Of a stretch of 58,589 nt of DNA, positions 1 to 9,700 are shown piece by piece. The stretch covers positions 1-58,589 of the forward strand of contig JAJYWA010000004.1 in the NCBI GenBank assembly GCA_021791755.1. Direction: 5' to 3'. This stretch comes from Actinomycetes bacterium (lineage in GTDB: Bacteria > Actinomycetota > Acidimicrobiia > Acidimicrobiales > JAJZXF01). The notes beneath the pieces were generated by a model. It was not told the DNA's origin. It did not search any database and was given only the letters and a program-made list of their open reading frames with translations. Position 1 is the stretch's first letter. Each line of letters begins with the position of its first letter. Both the position numbers and the translations under genes were made by a program.

Positions 1-115
1 AGATGACCACCGCAAGTAGTACGAGGCTGCGGGTCGAGCAGATCCAGTCTGTGAACAATGACGTCTGATCCAGCTCGGAACCGAGCGAACAAGTCTGGCG
101 TCGGAAGGTCGGCCA

Positions 116-1042
116 GTGTTCTCCAGTAGGCCTTCGCATACATCGAACCGTGGCCGTGAACATGACGTTCTGCAGCGTCCGGGTACGCTTGGCACGAGGT
201 TGTCGGCGCCGTCTGTGAACGATGGAGATGATCTTGCCGAGCTTCGTATGAGGCGGAGAAGTCGGCCAATAATCGCTGCTGCTTCGGTGCTCCTGATCGT
301 GTTGTCCATAGCGGTTGCCAGCAACCTCTATGAGCAGGCTGGTGCTCGACGATCGGTGCTCGAGGTGGCTCGCGTCATTGGCTTGGGCAGCCGCATCGCG
401 GCGGGGGACCTAGTGGATGTTCGCATATCTGTCGGGAGTGGAGTGGCGGCTGTTCCGTCGTCTGCTGCGTCACAGGTGGTAGGGCGTCGTGCGGGAGTGA
501 CGGTTCCTCAGGGGAGCCTTCTCGTGTGGGGCGATGTGGCTCATGGCTCGACAGTTGCTCCAGGGGATGCGATCGTTGGCGCTTCGCTGAAGTCTGGGCA
601 GTTACCCGCAGCCGGCGTTACAAGTGGAGAAACGGTTGAGGTCATCTTGGCGCCGCCCGCAGGCCAGGCTGTACAGCTATCCGGCGCTTCCGCGGGCGGC
701 TTTTCTCCTTCGTCGAGCACGGTTGTTTCTCAAGGCCAGAGCCAAGGCCAAGGGTTGGCAGGAGTAGGAGGAGAATTTGCTGGCAGCGCCCTTGTCTTGA
801 CTCGCGCGGTCATCGTTGGCGTGGGCGCTTCCACCTCGCAGGCGGGCCTTGGTGGCGCGATCCCGAGCGCAGCTACCGGTCAGGCGGTCTCGTTGGAGGT
901 CCCACTTTCTGATGCCCCGCTGATCGCGGCCGCTGCTGCCGCAGGGCAGGTAGCGGTTGTGGTTGTCGCTGGGCGTCAGGGTTCTTCACCCCAAGGTCGC
1001 TCGACGTTGGCTGCTGGTGGCAAGCGGAGAGCATCCGGATGA
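116..1042 (+). CDS. SAF-domain Flp pilus assembly protein (CpaB/RcpC-like); start may be ATG 248
   Basis: TM segment (IIAAASVLLIVLSIAVA), then SAF-like 'VLEVARVIGLGSRIAAGDLVDVRI...VVGRRAGVTVPQGSLL' and RcpC-like 'GETVEVIL...AVSLEVP'; lies upstream of tadA. Confidence 0.75.
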   Translation: MFSSRPSHTSNRGREHDVLQRPGTLGTRLSAPSVNDGDDLAELRMRRRSRPIIAAASVLLIVLSIAVASNLYEQAGARRSVLEVARVIGLGSRIAAGDLVDVRISVGSGVAAVPSSAASQVVGRRAGVTVPQGSLLVWGDVAHGSTVAPGDAIVGASLKSGQLPAAGVTSGETVEVILAPPAGQAVQLSGASAGGFSPSSSTVVSQGQSQGQGLAGVGGEFAGSALVLTRAVIVGVGASTSQAGLGGAIPSAATGQAVSLEVPLSDAPLIAAAAAAGQVAVVVVAGRQGSSPQGRSTLAAGGKRRASG

Positions 1043-1314
1043 GCGCACGTGAAGCAGAGGCCGTTGAGTGTGACCCGTCTGGAGCCGACTGATGTCGCGT
1101 CGAGAGCGAGGGCTTCTGCTGTGCGGAGTGCTGGGAAGGTGTTCGGCGTACCTTGTTCGGCGGACGGAAGAATGCCGTGACTGGTGAGCTCGACAGCTCG
1201 CACGGTCTGTCCCAGGCGACGGACCTCCGAGGTATGGAATGCCTGGTGAGTGAGCATCGTGCAGGCGGCAACGCCAGCTGCGAGGTGGTGGGCGACAGGG
1301 ACATCGAGGAGAGC

Positions 1315-2772
1315 ATGGAGATAGATCGTGCGCGCCTGGCGCCGTCATGCGACCCCGACCTGGTGAGGGTTATTCAGCGCGAGGTGGCAGAGCAGCTTTC
1401 GCGTGAAGGCGATGGCTTGGGTCATGCCGACAAAGAAGAGCTGTGCCGGCATCTCATTGCGAATGTTCTCCAGGGGCACGCAGCCGATCGCCTAGGCGCC
1501 GCAGTCGCGCCCATGGACCCCGAGCAGGAGAGCGCTATCGGTGAGGCGGTATGGGCTCGCATGTTTGGTATGGCTGGGCTCCAAGTCTTGATTGATGATC
1601 CGGAGATCGAGAACATCAATATCAATGGGTTCGACCGGGTGTGGGTGAAGTACTCGGACGGCTCCAAGGTCCGTGGACCGGCTGTTGCCGCCTCTGACGC
1701 GGAGATCGTCGAGCTCGTCAGGATCGCCGGCAGGAATCTTGGAATGGCTGAGCGGAGGTTTGACGCCGCCAGTCCGGAGCTAGATCTGCGGCTACCGTCC
1801 GGACACCGGCTCTCAGCGGTCATGGAGGTTACGGAGCGACCGGTGATCTCGGTTAGGCGTCACCGTCTCGTCGATGTGACGCTGGAGGATCTCGTATCAC
1901 TGGGCACCTTGAATGGGGAGCTCGCGTCATTCCTGGGTGCGGCGGTTCGCGCGCGAAAGAACATAGTCGTTGCAGGCCCGATGAACGCCGGCAAGACGAC
2001 ACTTCTCCGAGCCCTGGCCAGTGAGGTGGCGGCGCGGGAGCGTATCGTCACCATCGAGCAATCTCTGGAGCTCGGTCTCGACCGGCTGCCAGAACGCCAT
2101 CCGGATGTGGTCGCGATGGAGGCGCGTGAGCCCAACAGCGAGGGGGCGGGAGAGATCACCATGGCCCGGCTGCTCCGTCGGGCCTTGCGAATGGATGCCG
2201 ACAGGGTGATCGTCGGAGAGGTGCTCGGCGACGAGATACTGAACATGCTCAACGCTATGAGCCAAGGTCGCTCTGGGTCGATGTGCACGATTCACGCTGA
2301 CTCGTCGGCCGGTGTGTTTCGCCGGATGGCGTCCTATGCGGTGCAGGCGGCTGAGCGGCTGCCGCTCGAGGCGACCAACCTGCTGATTGCAGGGGCAATT
2401 CACTTTGTCGTGTACGTATCGCTGATCGATGATGCGCTCACGTCTACGTATGGACCGGTGCAGGCTGATGTGCGACGTGACGCAGCTGAGACGATCGATC
2501 AGTTTCATGCGACCCACCGGAGCACGCTTCGTAGGGTTGTCACCTCAGTCAGGGAGGTAGTGGACGCCGATGGTCCGATGGTCGTGTCAAATGAGATATG
2601 GCGGCCGTCGGGAAGTGGGATCGCCGCGCCGGGCGTTCCGATGCGGACAGAGACCTATGACGAGCTCGTGGCCCACGGGCTCGGGCGACCACCGGACAGC
2701 GCTGTTCAAGAAGGCTGGGGAGCCATCGGTCTCGACGAAGGCCCGCGAGGTCTTCGAAGGGTTGTCCGGTGA
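1315..2772 (+). CDS. tadA: TadA/CpaF pilus assembly ATPase (VirB11 family); ORF is open from 1153
   Basis: Walker A GPMNAGKTT, TIEQSLEL box, ALRMDADRVIVGEV, GSMCTIHA; GAGGAG before ATG 1315. Confidence 0.93.
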   Translation: MEIDRARLAPSCDPDLVRVIQREVAEQLSREGDGLGHADKEELCRHLIANVLQGHAADRLGAAVAPMDPEQESAIGEAVWARMFGMAGLQVLIDDPEIENININGFDRVWVKYSDGSKVRGPAVAASDAEIVELVRIAGRNLGMAERRFDAASPELDLRLPSGHRLSAVMEVTERPVISVRRHRLVDVTLEDLVSLGTLNGELASFLGAAVRARKNIVVAGPMNAGKTTLLRALASEVAARERIVTIEQSLELGLDRLPERHPDVVAMEAREPNSEGAGEITMARLLRRALRMDADRVIVGEVLGDEILNMLNAMSQGRSGSMCTIHADSSAGVFRRMASYAVQAAERLPLEATNLLIAGAIHFVVYVSLIDDALTSTYGPVQADVRRDAAETIDQFHATHRSTLRRVVTSVREVVDADGPMVVSNEIWRPSGSGIAAPGVPMRTETYDELVAHGLGRPPDSAVQEGWGAIGLDEGPRGLRRVVR

Positions 2773-3761
2773 TCCCGGCGCCCGCTCTCGTTGCTGGGAT
2801 TGGCGTCGGTGGCGGATTATCGGCTCTTCTTTGGAGCTGCGCACCGAGGTCCACGCCCGGGTCCGCAGAGTCACGTCCTAGCCTCGAAGCAAGCAACGTA
2901 GAGCGGGTGGGCTTTGGGGCGCGTCTGAGCACAAGACCAACAAGAGAGCCCCGATCTTCGATGTCGTCAGCAAGGTGGATGAAGAAGAGGAGCCGCCGGC
3001 CTGTCTCACGGCTTCACTGGCAGGAGGTCGCAACCGCGTTCGGGGTCGCAGCCCTGGTCGGGGTTATCACTGGTTGGCCTGTAGCTGCATTGCTTGCTGG
3101 GTGTGCCGTAGTAGGTCTCAGGGCGATCTTCGGCGCGACATCGTCGGCTGTTGTTCCGAAGAAACTCGAAGCGATTGCCTCGTGGACGGAGATGCTTCGC
3201 GACACGCTCGTCGCAGCGTCGGGCTTGACGCAAGCGATCATCGCAACGGCAGAGACGGCTCCCCTTGGTCTACGCGCCGAGGCTCGGCGTCTTGCAGCTC
3301 GTCTTGATGCCAGGGTTGCTATGAAGGATGCGCTCACCGCGTTTGCCGACGAGATTGGAGATGCAACCGCCGACGTTATTGTCGCGAGCCTCCTGATGGC
3401 TAGCGAAGAGCGTGCGCAGCGGTTGTCGGATCTCCTGGGTGCACTGGCGCGCTCTGCTCGTTCAGAGGTGTCAATGCGTCTACGCGTCGAGGCAAGCCGT
3501 TCTTCTGCGAGAACCGCGGTGCGCACCGTGGCAATAGTGTCGATCGGCTTCATGGCGCTGCTCTTTGCTGCATCCCGTCAATACCTGGCTCCGTACGGTA
3601 CGGTCGCTGGAGAGATGGTGCTGGCACTGGTGGGTGTCCTGTACGGGCTGGGGCTCTTTCTCATGACCCGAATGGCTCGTCCGGAAGTTGCGACACGCCT
3701 TCTTGCGCCTCCCACTCGCAGCTTGGTTTCCAGCGCCGGGATGGACGCGGCGGATGCTTGA
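2769..3761 (+). CDS. tadB: TadB (T2SS-F family) membrane platform protein
   Basis: 'LEAIASWTEMLRDTL..ASGLTQAI', T2SSF-type helices, two C-terminal TMs; GTGA overlap with tadA. Confidence 0.85.
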   Translation: MIPAPALVAGIGVGGGLSALLWSCAPRSTPGSAESRPSLEASNVERVGFGARLSTRPTREPRSSMSSARWMKKRSRRPVSRLHWQEVATAFGVAALVGVITGWPVAALLAGCAVVGLRAIFGATSSAVVPKKLEAIASWTEMLRDTLVAASGLTQAIIATAETAPLGLRAEARRLAARLDARVAMKDALTAFADEIGDATADVIVASLLMASEERAQRLSDLLGALARSARSEVSMRLRVEASRSSARTAVRTVAIVSIGFMALLFAASRQYLAPYGTVAGEMVLALVGVLYGLGLFLMTRMARPEVATRLLAPPTRSLVSSAGMDAADA

Positions 3762-4677
3762 AGCGGTTCTCGTCGGTGCGGGTGTCGCGCTGGGTCTTAT
3801 TGGCCTGTTTCGGTCAGTCTGGCCGATTCGTCCGAGCCTGGGCTCGCTTGTTGGCAATCGCGGGCGTGGCGATACAGAAGGACGGGGGATCGGTCTTCGA
3901 GCTATGGCTGATCCGTCGATGAAGGCCGCATCGGGTGGGGTGAGGGGCGAGGTTGGCAGTCGTGCTGCGCGGGTGCTTGTTGCCCACGGCTGGGACCGAT
4001 GGGTGCCGGCCGCCGACTTGGCGATAGCTGAGCAGACTATGCCCCGACTTTGCGCCAAGGCGTTTGAGGACATGTTCATCTTCGGATGTCTACCGGTGGT
4101 TCTATGGGCGCTCAGTATCGCGGCGGGGTCGCCGGTCGCTCCGGGGGCAGTTGGATGGGCTGTGCTCCTCTGTGCCCTCGGTGGTCTTTTCGTGCCGTTG
4201 CTCGAGATGAAGTCGCGTGCTCGAAAGCGCCGCGACCATTTCCGACGTGCGGTTGCTGCGTTCTTGGGCATGGTCGTCCTGGCCCAAGCTGGGGGGATGG
4301 GCATCGATGGCGCCCTTTCAGCATCCGCAAGCATTAGCGCCGACTGGGCGTTCGCGCGGATGAAGAGGGCTTTGGACGCGGCGAGGCATCTCAGGGTTAC
4401 CCCCTGGGATGCCCTCGGAGCATTGGGCGCCGAAGTTGGCGTCATGGAGTTGGCTGAGGTTTCGATGCACATAGCGCTAGCTGGTAGCGAAGGGGCCAGA
4501 GTGCGTGAATCTCTCGCAGCGAAGTCGGCTTCGCTGCGTCGTCAGGAGATGGCGCGTCTAGAAACGAGAGCTAACGCCGTAACGGAGAAAATGTTCCTGC
4601 CAGGCGTGATCTTGATGGTTGGCTTCCTCGTGTTCATAGGCTATCCGGCGTTCGAGAGCGTTCTCAGGGTTACGTGA
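3754..4677 (+). CDS. tadC: TadC (T2SS-F family) membrane platform protein
   Basis: 'AGGMGIDGAL...PWDALGALG...GSEGARVRESLAAKSASLR...EKMFLP'; follows tadB. Confidence 0.85.
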   Translation: MLEAVLVGAGVALGLIGLFRSVWPIRPSLGSLVGNRGRGDTEGRGIGLRAMADPSMKAASGGVRGEVGSRAARVLVAHGWDRWVPAADLAIAEQTMPRLCAKAFEDMFIFGCLPVVLWALSIAAGSPVAPGAVGWAVLLCALGGLFVPLLEMKSRARKRRDHFRRAVAAFLGMVVLAQAGGMGIDGALSASASISADWAFARMKRALDAARHLRVTPWDALGALGAEVGVMELAEVSMHIALAGSEGARVRESLAAKSASLRRQEMARLETRANAVTEKMFLPGVILMVGFLVFIGYPAFESVLRVT

Positions 4678-4764
4678 ATGGTGATCACGGTGAATAGGCG
4701 AGCCCGAATAACTCGGATCCCACGGCCAAGTAGCGAGCCTCGTCTGCAACCGGCTGCTGATCGA

Positions 4765-4802
4765 TCTATCTAGAAATTGAAGTTAATAACGAAAGGAAAG
4801 GT
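4765..4802 (+). promoter_or_regulatory. AT-rich putative promoter and strong RBS for the major pilin
   Basis: tctagaaattgaagttaataacgaaaggaaaggt-ATG is markedly AT-rich against the GC-rich background; AAGGAAAGG SD. Confidence 0.45.
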
Positions 4803-5033
4803 ATGAAGCATAGCAACATAGTTGGGAAGCTGGTAGAACTTCTGGATGGTCTCTGGGTGTTCGTGCCATTGTGGGCACTGTTGCGGTGCAAGCTGGAGAT
4901 GTCGCCGAGTGACGAGCGCGGTGATGTTGCTGAGAAGGTTGTGGTGGTCGCACTGTTCGTGGCAGCCGCAGTTGCATTGGGCTACATCATCTACGGCAAG
5001 GTGGTCGCGGCCGCGAATGGCATCAACCTCTAG
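4803..5033 (+). CDS. flp: Flp-type major pilin
   Basis: 76 aa; DERG|DVAE prepilin-like cleavage site then a hydrophobic helix; between tadC and tadE; strong RBS. Confidence 0.8.
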   Translation: MKHSNIVGKLVELLDGLWVFVPLWALLRCKLEMSPSDERGDVAEKVVVVALFVAAAVALGYIIYGKVVAAANGINL

Positions 5034-5047
5034 ATTGGTGTGGAGGA

Positions 5048-5521
5048 TTGGGTTCAGTGCACCGCGCAGCCTCGTTGCCAGGCCGGTTCTCGAGTGCGAC
5101 TGTTCCACGGCGCCGTCGAGGGTCGCGACGTTGGCGGTCGGAGCTCGGTGACGAGCGGGGAGATGTCGCGGAGTCCGTTTTGGTGTTTCCCGTCTTCTTC
5201 CTGTTCATGCTTGTAAGCCTTCAGATGGCGATGTGGGCTCACGCGGTCCAGGTGGCACAGAACGCGGCCGCCTCTGGTGATCAGGCAGCCCGGGCATTTG
5301 GGGGATCAGCCGCACTGGCGGTCACGCAGGCGGAGCAGTTTATCGAGGTGGCCGGTGGTACATCGGATCTTTCTAATGTCCAGGTCAGCGTGAGCTATCT
5401 CCCGGGTGGAATGTCCAAGGTCGAGGTCTCGGGAGATGCTGAGTCGATCTTGCCCTGGTTCAGCGCGCATGTGTCTGCTGTTCGGCTTGGTCCGATCCAA
5501 CAGTTCAGGAGCTCGGGATGA
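5048..5521 (+). CDS. tadE: TadE-family pseudopilin
   Basis: DERG|DVAESVLVFPVFFLFMLVSLQMAMW...AAASGDQAAR. Confidence 0.85.
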   Translation: MGSVHRAASLPGRFSSATVPRRRRGSRRWRSELGDERGDVAESVLVFPVFFLFMLVSLQMAMWAHAVQVAQNAAASGDQAARAFGGSAALAVTQAEQFIEVAGGTSDLSNVQVSVSYLPGGMSKVEVSGDAESILPWFSAHVSAVRLGPIQQFRSSG

Positions 5522-6045
5522 AGGTGCAGTTGCAGGCATGCGCCGGGCGCTGGCGCCGTCTACCGGTTGCTTCTATTGCCCGACGGCGAAGGCGGACCGA
5601 ATTGGATGGGTATTGCTCATGCGACCTGGGTCGACCGGAGCCTCCGAGTGGTGGGAGCGCTGCAGTTGAGCTGGTTGTCCTCGCTCCAATTCTCATGTTG
5701 TTCATAGTGTTCATCGTGATGCTTGGTCGTCTCGCCGCTGCGAGGTCGGAGGTGGTCGCGGCTGCTCGTACAGGTGCACAGGCTGCCGTGGTTTGGGGTA
5801 CGCCAGGTCAGGCAGCCTGGGCAGCGGACGCAAGTGTGTCGGTAGAGCTTCTTCAGCATCATCTGAGGTGCTCGAGAGCGAACGTTGGCGTAGACACGAG
5901 CAACCTCCGTCCCGGGGGTTCAGTAAGGGTTTCGGTCTCCTGCACCATGTCGATGGCCCAGTTGGCGATGCCTGGCATGCCGGGCTCGAAGACGATCGCG
6001 GCATCGGTCGTTGCTCCCGTCGGGATGTACCGGAGCGTTAGTTGA
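5518..6045 (+). CDS. tadE: TadE-family pseudopilin
   Basis: G|SAAVELVVLAPILMLFIVFIVMLGR...AAARTGAQAA; ATGA overlap. Confidence 0.87.
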   Translation: MKVQLQACAGRWRRLPVASIARRRRRTELDGYCSCDLGRPEPPSGGSAAVELVVLAPILMLFIVFIVMLGRLAAARSEVVAAARTGAQAAVVWGTPGQAAWAADASVSVELLQHHLRCSRANVGVDTSNLRPGGSVRVSVSCTMSMAQLAMPGMPGSKTIAASVVAPVGMYRSVS

Positions 6046-6064
6046 GCGGCGTGATCGTTGGGAC

Positions 6065-6544
6065 ATGGACTGGTCGTCTCTCGTGCGGCTTGGAGGCCGC
6101 GCTCTCATGAGGAGGCGATCTGGGGCCACATCTGGCCACGTTGTCGAACGGGGATCGTTGACTGTGTTCACCGCGGTGGTTGCTGTCTCGCTCTTGTTGG
6201 TCAGCGGGCTCGTGGTGGACGGGGGAGCTTACCTCGCCGCGCAGCGGTCAGCCGTGGATCTAGCGGAGCAGGCTGCTCGGCAAGGTGCGGACCAAGTGTC
6301 GCAGCAGTCGCTGAGGAACGGCGTCGTGGAGGTGTCGGCGCAACGAGCTGTAGCCGCGGCGGAGTCGTACTTGGAGGCAGCTGGCCACCCGGGCACGGCG
6401 TGGGTGAGTGGTCAGACGGTGTACGTATCAGTGGCATACAGGAAACCGACCATCTTGCTCGAGGTGATGGGGTTGCGCGAGCTCGATATCCGGGCAACGG
6501 CAAGCGCCCAGGAGGTACACGGGATCGTAACTGTTGATCCCTGA
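6065..6544 (+). CDS. TadG-like pseudopilin (start 6065 or 6107)
   Basis: ERG|SLTVFTAVVAVSLLLVSGLVVDGG...AEQAARQGA. Confidence 0.82.
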   Translation: MDWSSLVRLGGRALMRRRSGATSGHVVERGSLTVFTAVVAVSLLLVSGLVVDGGAYLAAQRSAVDLAEQAARQGADQVSQQSLRNGVVEVSAQRAVAAAESYLEAAGHPGTAWVSGQTVYVSVAYRKPTILLEVMGLRELDIRATASAQEVHGIVTVDP

Positions 6545-6722
6545 AGGTCCGATCGTCAATTCCGAGGCGCCAAGCTCACGGGATCCACGGTTGTAACCGC
6601 ACCTTGATGGGGATGGATAAAGCACCAACGGCGCGTACCAAGCGTCCGCAAGACAGGGCAGAGTCCTGGAGCGAGCTAGGCGACCACGAGGACATGACTG
6701 TGAAGAGGAGGTCACAGCAGCG

Positions 6723-9700
6723 ATGACGAGACTTATTTTGCCGCGGAGAAAGCTAGCGACGATCTTGTCTGCGGTTGGATCATTAACGGTGTTGAGCGCT
6801 GTGCTTTGCGGTTCTCCGATCTTGTTGGTGATGGTCATGCCGTCACCGATCCCAAGTAGGTGGCCGTCCCCTTCGGACCTGGCGTCCAGGGCACTGTCTC
6901 CGCCAGCTATGCACGTGTGGCTATCGGTTCTCAGCGTCCTAGCGTGGTTGGCCTGGCTTTGGTTCCTGGCGGTCGTGACCATTGAAGTGGTGGCCGCAGC
7001 AAGAGGGATGAAGGCGCCGCGAGTGCCCGGGGTGCGCGTCGGCCAGAACCTTGCACGTTGGCTGGTGGGCTCGATTGTCTTGGTCGTCCTGCTTCACGCA
7101 GAGGGCCAGTGCCTGACGCACGGCCGTGTGGCAGCTCAACGGGAGCCAGCGTCGATCTCGGCGGTCTTGGCCAGTTCGGACGTCTCGACAGGACCAGCCG
7201 TTGTGATGGAGGTGGCGAGAACGAGAAGTACTGTTGGTGGTCCATCTGAAAGCTTTCCGGCGCCTCGCCGACATCAAGGCGCCCCCACCGATCTGAGCAG
7301 CGATCCTGAGGAGAACGGCCAGAGCTCTGTTCGTGCAGCGACGACGGCCCGAACCACTGCATCAACCACTGCATCAGAACAGAAGCCTCAACCGAAGCCC
7401 GGAACCTACACGGTGCAGTCCGGCGACACACTCTGGTCGATCGCCGCTCGCGAGCTCCACGATCCTCTTCGGTGGACCGAGATCGCTCGTCTCAACTATG
7501 CGAGACCCCAGTCGAACGGTGGGGCTCTTACGGCTTCGCACTGGCTACAGCGTGGTTGGGTACTGGCCATGCCGCACGCCGAGCCTGCTTCGGTGGGGCG
7601 CGCGGGCTCGTACCAGACTGTGTCCAACCAGGCGCCTCACGCAGTGTCGTCGCCTAGCGCACCTGATGTACAAGACGACCGTCACGGGAGCGGCTCCACG
7701 AAAGATGAGATCGAAGGTTGCTCGAACACGGTGGTCGCTGGCCCGCAGGATACCCGCGCCGTGGGCGCTCCCTCGGGAGGAGGACGCGGCGTGCCGCTCG
7801 TTCCCATTGGTGGGAGCTTGTTGGGCCTGGGAGTGGTTGCCACGCTCGAGCACATGAGAAGGGCTCAGCAAAGGCATCGTGGTAGAGGCCGGAGCATCAG
7901 GCTTCCTGATGCGGAGCTCCTCGAGACAGAACGCAGGCTGAGATCGAGCGATGATCGCGACGCCTCGAAATTGATCGCGTGTGGCCTTGAGGTTCTCGGA
8001 TCGTCCTTGGCGGAACATCCGGAAGGAGCGACCCCAGCTGTGATTGGCGCGAGGTTGTCTGGGACGTTTCTCGAGATCATGGTAGATAGCCGGTGCTGGT
8101 CGCCTCGGGCAGTTGTTCAGCCTTTCGAGGCGCGTCACGGTAGTGGCTCGTGGTTCGTGGAGCGCCGAAACCTTGCAGTCATGGCGAACGGCGCCGGGGG
8201 AGATCGAGATCGGAACAGGTTGAAGGGAGCTGCTTTCCCCTCGTTCGTTTCGTTCGGCCGGGATCCCGCGGGCCTTGTTCTCGCCAACCTCGAAGCAGCA
8301 GGATCCCTGGCTGTGTCAGGTCCGAAGGAGCTCGTCGTGGGGACGCTTGCAGGCATGGCGCTTGAGCTGGCCAGCTCACCATGGGCGTACTGCGCTGACA
8401 TATGTCTGGTCGGCCTCGGAGCGAAGATGCCCGTTCTCGAACGGATCACCACGTTCGAGAGTGTGTCGCAGGTGATTGCCCATCTGGAGGTCCGTGCAAG
8501 CGACTCGGAGAAGCTCCTCAAGGCGAGCGGGTTCAGCCGTTGTGATTTCGCCAGGATCTGTTGTGGTGATGCCGATTGGGAGCCAACGATCGTGCTTTGT
8601 GCTCAGGACCTATCGCGAAGCGAAGCGGACGAGCTGGTGGAGGTGGTTGGGGATGGCTCGCTCGGCCTCGCTGTCGTGATGGCCACAGAAGAGAGCTCTG
8701 CGCGCTGGACCGCCGAGATCATCCGCGGCAAGCTGCGAATCGAGCCGCTGGGAGTAACGGTGCATCCCCAGCCTCTAGGCGAGCACGACCTGGGATCTAT
8801 ATGTAGGTTGCTGGACCTTGCTGCCAATGTGAGCGATTCGGGCGTCCCGGAGCCTGTGGAGGCATACGGGAGCCCGTCTGGACCACAGGGAGCCGCACAT
8901 CACTCGAGTGTGGGGGCGCCAGGGAGTGTCGGCAGCGGTGAGCTGAACAGAGCCACGGGCAGCGTCCGAAGTGACGCTGAGAGCACGTATCCTACAGCGC
9001 GGCTGGTTCGAGCGGTGTCTGGTGTTTTTCCCCAGGCTCGCAGGCGCGCTGAGGTTTCAGCAGCGCCAGATCCGGGTACGGATTGCGAGCTCGAGGGCAT
9101 CTCGAAGGCCACACACATGCTCGCGATCATTGACGATCCTGGCTCGCTCGCCACGCGCACACCCGCCCAGGCCCAGGTCCAGGATCAACCGACCCCGGAC
9201 AAGCCGCTCCAGGGTGAGCCAGCTGGTGGCGACCAGCGCGACCTAGGCACTCCGGCGTCGTGCGCACCGGTCTCGGTGTGCCTCGCTACGGCGAGGGCGC
9301 GGCTGCCGGCCGGTGATCTCGCGGGCAGTCTGGAAGATGGCGGCTTTGGGCATGAGCGCCAGACAGAGCGCACGCCTGAGCAGAGCGCGCCCTTGCCAAG
9401 AGGTGACGGCGGTGGGCCGCTTCGTGCGAGCGGGCGAAGGGAGGCGCCCGCGCGCACCGATGTGGAGGTCGAGGTGGCTGTTCTCGGGCCCGTTGAGATC
9501 AGGGGGGCAGAGAGGCCAACGAGACGCGCTGGGGCCACAGAGTTGGTTGTGTACCTAGCGATGCATCGTTCCGGTGTAGCCAGCGACGCGTGGGCGGCGG
9601 CGATCTGGCCCGATCGCGTCATGGCGCCATCAAGCCTCCATTCGACGGCATCCGAGGCTCGCCGTGCGCTCGGCCGCTCGAAGAGCGGCCAGGATCACCT

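Noticed and set aside
4678-4770. Possible c-di-GMP riboswitch ahead of the pilin
   Set aside because: No GGCAAAC / GAAA / GACGCAAAG consensus; only scattered similarity.
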